From Bdellovibrionota bacterium (GTDB taxonomy: Bacteria > Bdellovibrionota_C > UBA2361 > JBGSMV01): a DNA stretch of 64,000 nucleotides. The stretch is taken from NCBI GenBank assembly GCA_044356455.1, contig JBIKWF010000006.1, positions 1 to 64,000 on the forward strand, read 5' to 3'. The position numbers and the translations under genes were made by a program. Positions 19,621 through 28,527 of the stretch are shown in pieces. Positions within the stretch are counted from its first letter, which is position 1. Each line of letters starts with the position of its first letter. A model generated the notes under the pieces. The model was not told the origin of the DNA and did no database searches. It worked only from the letters and a program-made list of their open reading frames with translations.

Positions 19621-20412
19621 CGCAGTCCAAGCGAATCCCCTTGAAATGCGCCTTTTAAGGGCTTTTTAGGGGACTCTCTTGGATTGCGACGACCGAGCGT
19701 AAATGGTTGCTTGGTTATATTAACTTGATCTCTCTCTCCTCCCTTGCCCCGGAACCGACAGGTTCCCGGGGTGAGTTGACTCCTCTCATGTCATGCACGG
19801 GTCCGGCGACGTCTCTACGGTAGCGACGTCAGTGGGACTCATACGGCGGGACTCAACCGGCGGGACTCAAACCGCAAGGGGCTACGACCCTTTCGTCTGG
19901 CTCCCTCCGGACCCGTGCATGATTTTTGTATTTATTCTGTAAACTTGCCCCCTCTCTCTCTTGGCGACTGGCAACATGCTGGTCGCCAAGGATTCTCCCT
20001 CTCTCCGGCACGGCAGACCTCGCGGGGTCTGCTGTGCTTTTGGCTCACCGGAATCCGTCCCGAACCCTCGGTGACGGTGGGCCAGTTTTGGGAACTGCGG
20101 AATAGAAATTAGTTTGCGACGCTGAACGCACGTCGCTTACAAAATCCTATTCTGTGGTCTCTCAGGTGTGATTGGACGATCATGTGCGGTAGGCGTTATG
20201 GTGTTGAGCAGACTTGAGGTGAGAAACACTCCCCTCCTCCCTGCACTCACCTTGCAGCGCTCCACGTGATGCCAGGTGATGCTTACTTCCCCGTGGTGCC
20301 CTCCGGCCACGAAAGCGTCACTTACCGCGCCTGCTCCTAGAGGTTCTCTGGTTTTCCTCAACCGGTTTTCCTTTAGGTCGCTCGGTCGTCCAATCACGCT
20401 TTTATTTTTCTT
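19621..20412 (+). ncRNA. Candidate large structured ncRNA or sRNA array (unknown family)
   Basis: At least nine stems, including 16-17 bp long-range stems, with G-U pairs on the + strand; U-tracts follow the long stems; no credible ORF. Confidence 0.6.
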
Positions 20413-20500
20413 AGAAAGAATTGGTTTATCAAAACAACCACTAAGACCACAGAGACCACAAAGAAAGGAGAATACTCCACTTGCCTCAGGGCATTTCTAA

Positions 20501-20649
20501 GGAACCTCTAAAAACCTTCATTCTTAAGACACCTCTGTGTACCTCTGAGTCCTCTGTGGTGAAATTTTCATGAAGAAATTCACCACAGAGGACACAGAGG
20601 TACACAGAGGTACACAGAGGTACACAGAGGTAAATTTTTCAGAGGTTCC
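20501..20649. mobile_element. Palindromic MITE, copy 3 (internal 10-bp unit expanded)
   Basis: Terminal inverted repeats; CTAA duplicated on both sides; four ACACAGAGG units. Confidence 0.88.
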
Positions 20650-20680
20650 CTAAGTTTGCCTCAGATATTCCAAGGGAATC

Positions 20681-21610
20681 TTAGCGAGGCGGGCTTGAGG
20701 TCGCCTCGAAATAACTTTGCTCAAGGCTTCTCTGACTCTCGACTCCCAGAACTCCAACCTTGTGCCTAAAAAGCCAAAAGAGCACGCGGCTATTAACCTC
20801 GGGGATTTGAAATTCGCCAGGGTTGAACTGCACAAACAAGAGCCGTGCCTCCGGGCGGGTGAACCTGAACTCGGGAAAATGTCCCTCAAGCTCCTGCAAA
20901 TCAAGATTTCCCTCATCAAGGCGAAACGTAATACGCGAACTTTGCGCGAGGAGCGACTTGATGGGTCCTTCACGCACCACCTGCCCATGGTCTACCATCA
21001 CGACATAATCACACATGAGCTGGAGCTGGCTTAAATCGTGGGAACTAATCACAAGCGTCGTGGTTCCCCTCAGACTATCAACACAGTTCCTAAAGGCCAT
21101 CACCATCTTGGGATCGAGCCCCTGGGTCGGTTCATCAAGTAGTACTACGGGGGGATTCCCCACCAACGCCTGTGCCACGCCTAAGCGCACGCGCATGCCG
21201 TGAGAAAGCGTAGCAACTAAATCCGAAGCTCGGTCTTCAAGCGCGACAAGCTTTAAAACCCGGCGCACCTCCTCCCACACTTCGCGTCCGCTGAGGCCCG
21301 CAAGCTTGGCAAAGAGAACCAAGTGCCGCTCGACGGATCGGTTTTCAAAATACATCACGTCCTGTGGGAGTACCCCTACAATCCCTCCCTGCGCTCGAAA
21401 TTGCGCAAGGGGCATGCCCTCTACTTCGATCGTCCCCGAATTGGGTTTAAAAAATCCGCCTATAAGCGAAAAGGTTGTCGTTTTACCCGCCCCATTCGAA
21501 CCAACAAAGGCAGCAATTGAAAGCTTAGGGATGGAAAAAGAAATCCCACGCAAGGCCTCACGCTTTCCGAAGCGCTTCACGAGGCCCGTGACACGCAGCG
21601 CCGCTTCCAT
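20681..21610 (-). CDS. ABC-2 type transporter ATP-binding protein
   Basis: GSNGAGKTT, LSHGMR, LLDEPTQGLD, SSH. Confidence 0.93.
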   Translation of the reverse strand: MEAALRVTGLVKRFGKREALRGISFSIPKLSIAAFVGSNGAGKTTTFSLIGGFFKPNSGTIEVEGMPLAQFRAQGGIVGVLPQDVMYFENRSVERHLVLFAKLAGLSGREVWEEVRRVLKLVALEDRASDLVATLSHGMRVRLGVAQALVGNPPVVLLDEPTQGLDPKMVMAFRNCVDSLRGTTTLVISSHDLSQLQLMCDYVVMVDHGQVVREGPIKSLLAQSSRITFRLDEGNLDLQELEGHFPEFRFTRPEARLLFVQFNPGEFQIPEVNSRVLFWLFRHKVGVLGVESQRSLEQSYFEATSSPPR

Positions 21611-22486
21611 TTACAGAGCCCTCCGCAGGAAGAGCGAAAGGCCCCCCACGCATGAAATTGCGGTCCATACGAGCATCCCCACTACGGAACGCCATTCGTG
21701 TCCAAATACCGGGGCAACGAGGCCCGTTGAAATGGGGGACCAAAAAGGAGACGCCCAAGGAGCAATAAAGAGCATACCAATAAAGGCAATCCATAGCAGA
21801 TGAAGCCGAACCACCGCATTCATCGGTTTTGCGCTCCAGCAAGAAACAAACTGCGTGCTTGCCACAAGAAAGAGCAGAAAGGCCACGAGCACCATGGCAT
21901 TAAGGGCCATCGGACGAGCATAGAGGGCCATGCTGAAAAAGGGGTCGCGTGCCGCCGAGACCACAATAAGAGCCACAACCGTAATGGCGTAGAGGATTAG
22001 ATAGAGAATGAAATGCGCCAGTAACTTAGAAAAATAGTAGGCAAGCCGAGACGTGCGAAGAAGCAAGAATCGAAGCGTTCCCCGATACACATCGATAGCA
22101 ACCATGTCGCAGCTGACAAGCGCGACTAGAGTTGGGAACCAGAGAAGAAATAGCAGCTGGGAGATTACCACCGATGACGGCCAGCCTCCGAGCTCACCAA
22201 TAATACGTGCGAGTTCTCCGAAGCCGTTTTCGTTCGCCCAATCAAGCGCTTGATTTCTTGCGCCGGCATCATTTCGGAAGAAGCCGATGCTGGGCCTGAG
22301 CCGCTCCTCAACATAGACCAGCCCAAGAACGACAAATCCAATTACCCAGACATAGGCAAACAGCGAAAGCATTGCTCGCTTACGCATGACAAGATCGCGC
22401 AGTTCTTCCTGAGTCAAAATGAAAACGTGGCGTACGAAACGGTGCAATCTCACTACCATGCCGCGAACCTTTGCCCCATTGCTCAC
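21611..22486 (-). CDS. ABC-2 type transporter permease
   Basis: RGTLRFLLLRTSR...SK motif; about six transmembrane helices; adjacent to the ATPase. Confidence 0.85.
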   Translation of the reverse strand: MSNGAKVRGMVVRLHRFVRHVFILTQEELRDLVMRKRAMLSLFAYVWVIGFVVLGLVYVEERLRPSIGFFRNDAGARNQALDWANENGFGELARIIGELGGWPSSVVISQLLFLLWFPTLVALVSCDMVAIDVYRGTLRFLLLRTSRLAYYFSKLLAHFILYLILYAITVVALIVVSAARDPFFSMALYARPMALNAMVLVAFLLFLVASTQFVSCWSAKPMNAVVRLHLLWIAFIGMLFIAPWASPFWSPISTGLVAPVFGHEWRSVVGMLVWTAISCVGGLSLFLRRAL

Positions 22487-22574
22487 TCAAGCCCAACCAA
22501 ATTGAATGCCGGTTAGTGCCTTGAATAGTGGATCTCGTTTTTCGGAAAAGAACCTTGAAGATGACTGCGCATGG

Positions 22575-22988
22575 CTAGTGGATAATTACCGGATATAGCA
22601 AATCAAAACGTGGGATAGCCACCTCAAAGAAACTTCCCTCAGCGGATCGGAAGGTATAGGAACCTTGCATCGATCCATAAGGCTCATGAATCACGGCCCC
22701 GCTCGTATAGGTAAATTTTTGTCCCTTGGCGAGAGTTGGCTGTTTTCCGACAACCCCGGGCCCGACTACTTCAGCAAGCTGCTTTTCACCTGAAAAGATA
22801 ATCCAGTGCCGCTCCATAAGCTGAGCCGTATCACTTCCTAGATTCTCTAGGGTGATGGTGTAGGAAAAGGCATACACATTCTTGGCAGGGTCGGATTCCT
22901 CGACTAAGGCCGAAGGAACTGCAGAGACCCGAATATCGCGGGTCACCTGGGAATACCCCATGCCGGCCGGATTTGGAGTTGTTGACAT
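22575..22988 (-). CDS. apaG: ApaG protein
   Basis: YAFSYTITLEN, QLMERHWII, V.GPGVVG.QP, YTSG, GSMQGSY. Confidence 0.95.
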   Translation of the reverse strand: MSTTPNPAGMGYSQVTRDIRVSAVPSALVEESDPAKNVYAFSYTITLENLGSDTAQLMERHWIIFSGEKQLAEVVGPGVVGKQPTLAKGQKFTYTSGAVIHEPYGSMQGSYTFRSAEGSFFEVAIPRFDLLYPVIIH

Positions 22989-23326
22989 ATCTGGCGGCTC
23001 CCCTTGGCATCAATGCAAAAATAGCCTGATAACCTGACTTTCTAGGATGTTGGGCTGTGAGGCAAGTGTTCTCTTTCGGCTGAGGCCCTTCGCGGACCTT
23101 GTAAGGGCGAATTTTGGTCGAACGGCGAGCCGAACGCCCCTTTTCAGCACTTTAAGGCACACAATTAGCACTAAGTTATTGCAATGACGGGCCCATCCCT
23201 TGGATCTCAGCACAAAGGTTTGCTATAGAGTCCTGCACGATGGCTAAGCTTAGGTTAGCCCCTGAAGCCCACCCCCCTGCCAAAGGGTCGTAAGGCAGCT
23301 TGTATCGGTAGTAGTCGTTTTCAATT

Positions 23327-23402
<76 letters not shown>

Positions 23403-23403
23403 T

Positions 23404-23661
23404 ATTTCCCGCTCGGCGCTCTGCCCAGGGACTCCGCCCCTCGCTTCGCTAATCGCTCGCACACCCCGTCCTCTTCGCTGGGCTTCGCCCTTCGAAGCTT
23501 TATTTACTTTGGCGACCCCATGCATTTCCCGCTCGGCGCTCTGCCCAGGGACTCCGCCCCTCGCTTCGCTAATCGCTCGCACACCCCGTCCTCTTCGCTG
23601 GGCTTCGCCCTTCGAAGCTTTATTTACTTTGACGACCCCATGCATTTCCCGCTCGGCGCTC
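23404..23661 (+). repeat. tRNA-linked tandem repeat, 120 bp x 2 plus a partial third copy
   Basis: 23404-23523 and 23524-23643 differ by one base; ATTTCCCGCTCGGCGCTC restarts at 23644. Confidence 0.95.
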
Positions 23662-23709
23662 CGGTCCCCTTGCCCTTGGGACTCGAGCCCCGTCGAATCG
23701 AGACCGATT

Positions 23710-23737
23710 GGTAGGGCGCCATGTCCTCATGGCGCCG
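23710..23737 (+). repeat. GTAG-type REP element
   Basis: GGTAG-GGCGCCAT-GTCCTC-ATGGCGCC-G hairpin, same family as 24161 and 58112. Confidence 0.7.
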
Positions 23738-23783
23738 AAGATCCTTCGACCTGCGTCCATGCCCCTCCCCTGCCGCCACCAGA

Positions 23784-23901
23784 AGAACCTCTATATTCCA
23801 TTTTTTCTCTCTGTACTTTCGGTGCCCTCTCTGATCTATCAGCACTTTAATCATCTACTTGAGGACACAGAGTTCACAGAGAATGTCTTTTCAGAGACTC
23901 C
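23784..23901. mobile_element. Degenerate MITE, subtype B (copy 4)
   Basis: AGAACCTCT...TTTTCAGAGACTCC followed by CTAA; GAGGACACAGAG core; resembles the reverse complement of copy 8. Confidence 0.6.
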
Positions 23902-23967
23902 CTAAGGAAACTTTCCCCCGAAATCTCCGATTACTGACTTCGTCTAGTATTTAGTAGGAGATAATTT

Positions 23968-24165
23968 ATGGCATTTGCAACCCCTAAGGCCCTCGCGATA
24001 CTCGAGGTGCCATTTAAGGAAAAGGACGAAGCAAAACAACTTGGTGCGTGGTGGGACCCCACCATAAAGAAATGGTTTGTTCCGCTGGGACGCGACGTAG
24101 ATCTCTTTAAAAAATGGATTCCTGAGGAGGAAACGGACTCTCAAGAAAGAACAGGAAATAGGTAG
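23968..24165 (+). CDS. DUF5710 domain protein
   Basis: L.VPF.EKDEAK.LGA.WD...KKWFVP......F.KW; AGGAG RBS. Confidence 0.85.
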   Translation: MAFATPKALAILEVPFKEKDEAKQLGAWWDPTIKKWFVPLGRDVDLFKKWIPEEETDSQERTGNR

Positions 24166-24225
24166 GGCGCGCCGTCCTCGGCGTGCCGGATATTTTGCGG
24201 CGCCCTGAGGACAGGGCGCCCTACC
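24161..24225. repeat. REPIN-like inverted pair of GTAG REPs
   Basis: GGTAGGGCGC...GCGCCCTACC lying between two convergent genes. Confidence 0.75.
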
Positions 24226-25243
24226 TGGCACGAAACACGGCCGCTCCCCAGGTGAACCCACCTCCAAAAGCCGCACTGAGAATCACTTGCCCAGGTTGGA
24301 TGCGACCAGTTTCATAGGCTTTGGTAATACCAATGGGAATAGTCGCGGCAGTCGTATTTCCAAAAGTTTGGATGGTACTCACTACTTGCTCATCTTTAAG
24401 CCCAAGGTGCCCTGCAACCGCAGAATTAATTCTAAGATTAGCCTGATGTGGAATAAAAAGACTTACCTCTGAAGTGCTGATTCCAAGGCGCTTAAGAAGG
24501 GAAAGAGATACTTCGGTCATCGATCGCACCGCACTTTCAAAAACTTTGCGCCCATTCATGCGCGGGAAAAGCTTCCCTTCCAAAAACAAGTCCTCTGTGA
24601 CCCGTGTCGGAAAATGCGCGCTACCCGGATGTTCGCACCACAACTCTTTCACATGTGCTCCATCAGAGTGAAGCTCAGAACCAAGAATTTCAAGCGAGCC
24701 CTCATGGTTGGATGCCTCGCTCATCGAAACCAGGCAGCTCCCCGCACCATCCCCGAAGAGCACCGCCAGATCTCTTCCTCGGGTAGAAACATCGAGACCC
24801 GTAGAATGAACCTCTGCTCCCACCACGAGAACATTTCGGTATTTCCCGGACAGAACCAAGCTTTCGGCAAGCTCAATGCTGTACAAGAACCCCGTGCATT
24901 GATTGCGCACATCAAACGCCGGAACCTTGGAAAGGCCAAGTTTATGTTGAACTGAGACGCCAATCCCAGGGAACGAGAAGTCTGGAGAAAGCGTCGCGGC
25001 AATAACCGCATCCACTGCTTCAAGTGAAGTACCTCGCAGCGTCTGCCGTGCCGAGGCCACCGCAAGATCGCTCGTCGTCGTTGGTGCATCTACCCAATAA
25101 CGAGTCTTAATTCCTGAACGCTGCGTAATCCATTCATCGCTCGTATCCATTACCGTGGACAATTCTTGATTGGTCACGCAACGAGGCGGGACATACATGG
25201 CAAATGAATGGGCACAGGCGCGCATTGCAGAATCTGGCGGCAT
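24221..25243 (-). CDS. fabH: 3-oxoacyl-ACP synthase III
   Basis: DTSDEWI.QRSGI, NQCTGF, FGDGAG, PHQANLRI, GNTTAATIP, AFGGGFTWG. Confidence 0.95.
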   Translation of the reverse strand: MPPDSAMRACAHSFAMYVPPRCVTNQELSTVMDTSDEWITQRSGIKTRYWVDAPTTTSDLAVASARQTLRGTSLEAVDAVIAATLSPDFSFPGIGVSVQHKLGLSKVPAFDVRNQCTGFLYSIELAESLVLSGKYRNVLVVGAEVHSTGLDVSTRGRDLAVLFGDGAGSCLVSMSEASNHEGSLEILGSELHSDGAHVKELWCEHPGSAHFPTRVTEDLFLEGKLFPRMNGRKVFESAVRSMTEVSLSLLKRLGISTSEVSLFIPHQANLRINSAVAGHLGLKDEQVVSTIQTFGNTTAATIPIGITKAYETGRIQPGQVILSAAFGGGFTWGAAVFRAR

Positions 25244-25532
25244 AGAGGCTCAACCGTTTCTCGAGACAATTACAGGCACGAATCCTGCCTCGGGGCTTCC
25301 AGAAAATGGAGATTCCCTCAACCACGAATAATGCACCCTCTCGCCCCAGAACGTGAAACTTTTCGAGTGCCCGTTCTTAGGCTAACCAGCTGATCCTGCT
25401 CAGCAAACCAAACTCCCAAGGCGGCGACTAGATTTGATTGGGAGCACTTCCCCTTCCCCCGGCGAAATGAGGTCAGTGCGAGGGGCCCACATCTTAAGTG
25501 GGAATTTCCTCTCTCAACGAGGCGAGGTCACT

Positions 25533-25859
25533 ATGAAAGAACATCGATGTCCGAAGTGTGGAAGCGAATCTCACATCCAGGAACACCTTACGGTGCTTGT
25601 CGGAATCGAAGACTGGCCTACGGCTACTCTTTTTACTGCCGTGGTGGTTGTGATGGGTAACTTCCTGGCAGTTCAATCTCAAGCAGTTGCGGTTGCAATA
25701 CTGATTGCAATTGCGCCCCTTTTTCTAAACTTTTTCAAAAAGTATTACTGCGATGCGTGTGAAATTGATTTCCGAGAAAACGAGGAAGAGATCAAAGGGA
25801 CGGCTTCAGGTGCGATAAAGCCCTCCGAGATAAAGCAACTACGCCCTCCGAAGCTTTAA
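25533..25859 (+). CDS. Small zinc-ribbon membrane protein (CPKC...two TM...CDAC)
   Basis: Two CxxC pairs flanking a hydrophobic hairpin; GAGG before the ATG. Confidence 0.65.
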   Translation: MKEHRCPKCGSESHIQEHLTVLVGIEDWPTATLFTAVVVVMGNFLAVQSQAVAVAILIAIAPLFLNFFKKYYCDACEIDFRENEEEIKGTASGAIKPSEIKQLRPPKL

Positions 25860-25870
25860 TCAAGAAATGA

Positions 25871-26203
25871 CTACTTAATCGCCTCTCCACCAGAAGCGAG
25901 GCACACAGAATCCACCGAGAAGGATGAGGTAAGATAACCTCCGAGAAGCGCATGAAACACGTTTTCTGGCTTCTGTGATGTTCTCACTTTAAGAAGTCGC
26001 TGCGATGGGCACAGCGAGGTTGCATCAAGATTCTCACGTGTGGGAACTAGACCAAACAAGAAGTAATTTAGTGTGCGCTCATCACTTTCCGTAGCTCCTG
26101 AGCGCTCTGCAATTCGGTAGCTAATTCTATAACAAGAAGTAAGAGCAACCAGGCTAAGCAGGAGCATTCCGGCTTTAAGAGTTCGAAAGATTAACGTGCG
26201 CAT
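25871..26203 (-). CDS. Bor/Iss-like lipoprotein
   Basis: Lipobox LTSC; YFLFGL, D...LCP, C-terminal V..VC. Confidence 0.7.
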   Translation of the reverse strand: MRTLIFRTLKAGMLLLSLVALTSCYRISYRIAERSGATESDERTLNYFLFGLVPTRENLDATSLCPSQRLLKVRTSQKPENVFHALLGGYLTSSFSVDSVCLASGGEAIK

Positions 26204-26514
26204 TCGACCACCACGGTTCGAGGAGCGTAAATTCCAAGTGTTCCAAGAGTAAACAAAAGATCGAGCGGGCTTATCATATCGCCAAATGAGGCAGTACCCC
26301 GTGGGCAGCGCTTGGTGAGATCTACGTCATGGTCTCCAATGAGGCCGAGGACATAGAAGTCCTGCCGCTCTTCAATTCTCGTTCCTACGCTTCTATCCTT
26401 ACCAATCACAACGCGGTGACACCCGGTAAGGAGCGTTCCCGAAAGAAGCGCCAGCGTCAGCACCGCTACGATAGAGGATGGCAGAAAACGCCGTGGGGCC
26501 CGAAAATTCAGCAT
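26191..26514 (-). CDS. Bor/Iss-like lipoprotein
   Basis: Lipobox LTGC; FYVLGL, VD...RCP.G, TLGIYAPRTV.VEC. Confidence 0.8.
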   Translation of the reverse strand: MLNFRAPRRFLPSSIVAVLTLALLSGTLLTGCHRVVIGKDRSVGTRIEERQDFYVLGLIGDHDVDLTKRCPRGTASFGDMISPLDLLFTLGTLGIYAPRTVVVECAR

Positions 26515-26632
26515 AGTAGAGTTTGAATTCTGCGAAGGATTACTAGAGATAATCACCCGAAAAGCTTAACGAATCCGTAGCCTCTCAGCAACGGAGTATT
26601 CTCAAGGATAAAGACATTAGTGGCGCCATTTA

Positions 26633-26660
26633 TCAAGAAAGCTGTTTTACAGGTCGATCA
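26633..26660 (+). promoter_or_regulatory. Possible sigma-28 promoter
   Basis: TCAAG-N15-GTCGATCA upstream of the FlgM-like gene; spacer one base longer than typical. Confidence 0.4.
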
Positions 26661-26709
26661 CCTATTCAGGACGGGGAAGCCCTCCAGCATTGAAGGGAGA
26701 TAGAGAACC

Positions 26710-26919
26710 ATGGCCGATGAAAATTCAAATCCAGAGTCGAAACCCCGCAAGCGCGGGTTGACCTCAGTGATGCTTGGCTGGCTTGCCGAGCGTGTACGGC
26801 GAGCTGAGAATATAAAACTTCAGATCGAATCAGGTACCTATCAGGTAGATTCGGAGAAGATTGCAGCTTCGCTTGTTACCCCGCCTGCAGGATCCACAAA
26901 TGGCTCGGGGCATAAATAA
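26710..26919 (+). CDS. Minimal FlgM-like anti-sigma-28 factor
   Basis: R.ENIK.QI.SGTY.VDSEKIA is the FlgM C-terminal signature. Confidence 0.75.
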   Translation: MADENSNPESKPRKRGLTSVMLGWLAERVRRAENIKLQIESGTYQVDSEKIAASLVTPPAGSTNGSGHK

Positions 26920-26941
26920 GGAAGCTCTTAGGAAGTGCCCG

Positions 26942-27370
26942 CTACTGCAAAAGCGCGAGCGCATTCGTCGACGAAGTTAGCTCTCGAATAAGAGTAAGCA
27001 GGACATCGTGATGAAACGGCTTCCTAAGTACAGGGAATGCCGGGAAGCGCTCTTTCGCCAACTTGACGACTGCTTCGGGAAGGGCCGTCATTGCGATCAC
27101 TGGAACGCCCTCAAAAACCCAAGCCAGCTCTTCAATAGACTGAAGCCCCACCTCGTAAGAATACTTGTACTTGAAGAATTGATTAGAGAGCGTGAAGGGC
27201 ATCTCGAGATCGCTCAAGATCAAATCGGGAGCGCCCCCCTCGGAGCGAAGAGTCTTAAAGGCATCGTCCGGGCATCTCGCAGAAATGACATCGAACCCCT
27301 CATCAAGAAGCATGGTGGCGAGGAATTCGCGAAATTCTTTGTGATCTTCGATTAGGAGAACTGTTTTCAT
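26942..27370 (-). CDS. Single-domain response regulator
   Basis: VLLIEDH, ILSDLEMP, AMTA, KPF. Confidence 0.88.
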   Translation of the reverse strand: MKTVLLIEDHKEFREFLATMLLDEGFDVISARCPDDAFKTLRSEGGAPDLILSDLEMPFTLSNQFFKYKYSYEVGLQSIEELAWVFEGVPVIAMTALPEAVVKLAKERFPAFPVLRKPFHHDVLLTLIRELTSSTNALALLQ

Positions 27371-27548
27371 ATGACCTAGCGATGAGATCGGCAGATCTCG
27401 CATGCAGCTAGACCAAAAATTTAGCCTCTCTTACGATGCGAAAAACAGATGAGTATCAGTAAGATAGGCACTGGGGTCGATGATTAGAACAGTGAGCTAC
27501 GCTGAACAAAGCAGAGCAAATTAGCCACGGCGAAACAAGTTACCGCCT

Positions 27549-28100
27549 CTAATCCCGATTTAACTTCTCAGTCGAAGAGCCGCTACTTCGAGCTGAACGC
27601 AACTTTTCCATAAGCGTGCGAAGCTCATGAGGAGAGGGAGCCCCCTTGAGGATCATCTCAACGCCTTCCGTTGCGGAGGTGCCAATTGAAACATCACCAA
27701 AATCACAAAAACGACCGAAGAGCGATTGGTCGATGCGAATCTCCCGAATATCGGAGTAATCAATCACAGGAACAGTATAAGACATCGAAAGCTTACCTTG
27801 ATGGTGTTCAATAACGTTAGCTTTCACTACAACCCGGTCATCAAAGTGCCGCCGCACCATTTCTAAGAATACCAAAAGGGGAAGAAAAGATACGAGCCTG
27901 AGCCATAAGGCGGGAGAACCTTCCACCGGCACGTACTTCGCATTGAGGATAACGACGAGGACAAGCAAGCCTAGAAATACACCAATGATATCGATCGATG
28001 AGAGCTTTGCTCGATGAAACGAGACAATTACCTCATCGTCGGGAAGTCGGCCTTCCGAGATAAGGGCAAGAACTGCATCTGGGTCAGGGTAGGTAGCCAT
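27549..28100 (-). CDS. Bacterial PH-domain (bPH_2-like) membrane protein
   Basis: Two TM helices followed by I.YSDI.EI.I.QS.FGR...FGDV.I.T.A. Confidence 0.75.
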   Translation of the reverse strand: MATYPDPDAVLALISEGRLPDDEVIVSFHRAKLSSIDIIGVFLGLLVLVVILNAKYVPVEGSPALWLRLVSFLPLLVFLEMVRRHFDDRVVVKANVIEHHQGKLSMSYTVPVIDYSDIREIRIDQSLFGRFCDFGDVSIGTSATEGVEMILKGAPSPHELRTLMEKLRSARSSGSSTEKLNRD

Positions 28101-28155
28101 TTGCTGATTTCTCTACCACGTTGTCGGAAGTTACTAAATCTCCTACCCTAAGCCC

Positions 28156-28398
28156 ATGATACGGCAGATTTTGCTAGCTTTTGTCCTGACCCTTCTCTTC
28201 CTGTTATCTGGCTGCAGCAGCTCAGCCTTGGGCGCACGCTTTACCTGCCTTGAATGGAAGGCTCAGGGGCTGATGTTTTCAACTCTCGACAGCTGCACAA
28301 AGTGTATGCAAGCCCACGGCCCCGCCAGCCTAGAGCAAGTACAGGGCTGTGCCCTTGGAATGGATGCCTCAGTGCTACTTGACCTCCCCAACAGCTAA
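28156..28398 (+). CDS. Small cysteine-rich lipoprotein
   Basis: Lipobox LSGC. Confidence 0.6.
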   Translation: MIRQILLAFVLTLLFLLSGCSSSALGARFTCLEWKAQGLMFSTLDSCTKCMQAHGPASLEQVQGCALGMDASVLLDLPNS

Positions 28399-28527
28399 GG
28401 AACCTCTGAAAAACTCACCTCCGTGACCTCCGCGCCCTCTGTGGTTAAATTTTCATGAAGAAATTCACCACAGAGGAAACGGAGGTGCACAGAGGTGTAT
28501 TAAGATTGGAGGTTTTTCAGAAGCTCC
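28399..28527. mobile_element. Palindromic MITE, copy 5
   Basis: CTAA duplicated at 28395-28398 and 28528-28531; each duplicate overlaps the stop codon of a flanking convergent gene. Confidence 0.9.

Noticed and set aside
19791..19922. Retron msr/msd (a1/a2-like inverted repeat)
   Set aside because: No long msd hairpin and no reverse transcriptase gene in the window
23404..23661. Possible CRISPR array
   Set aside because: The units are contiguous 120-bp duplicates with no unique spacers, and there are no cas genes
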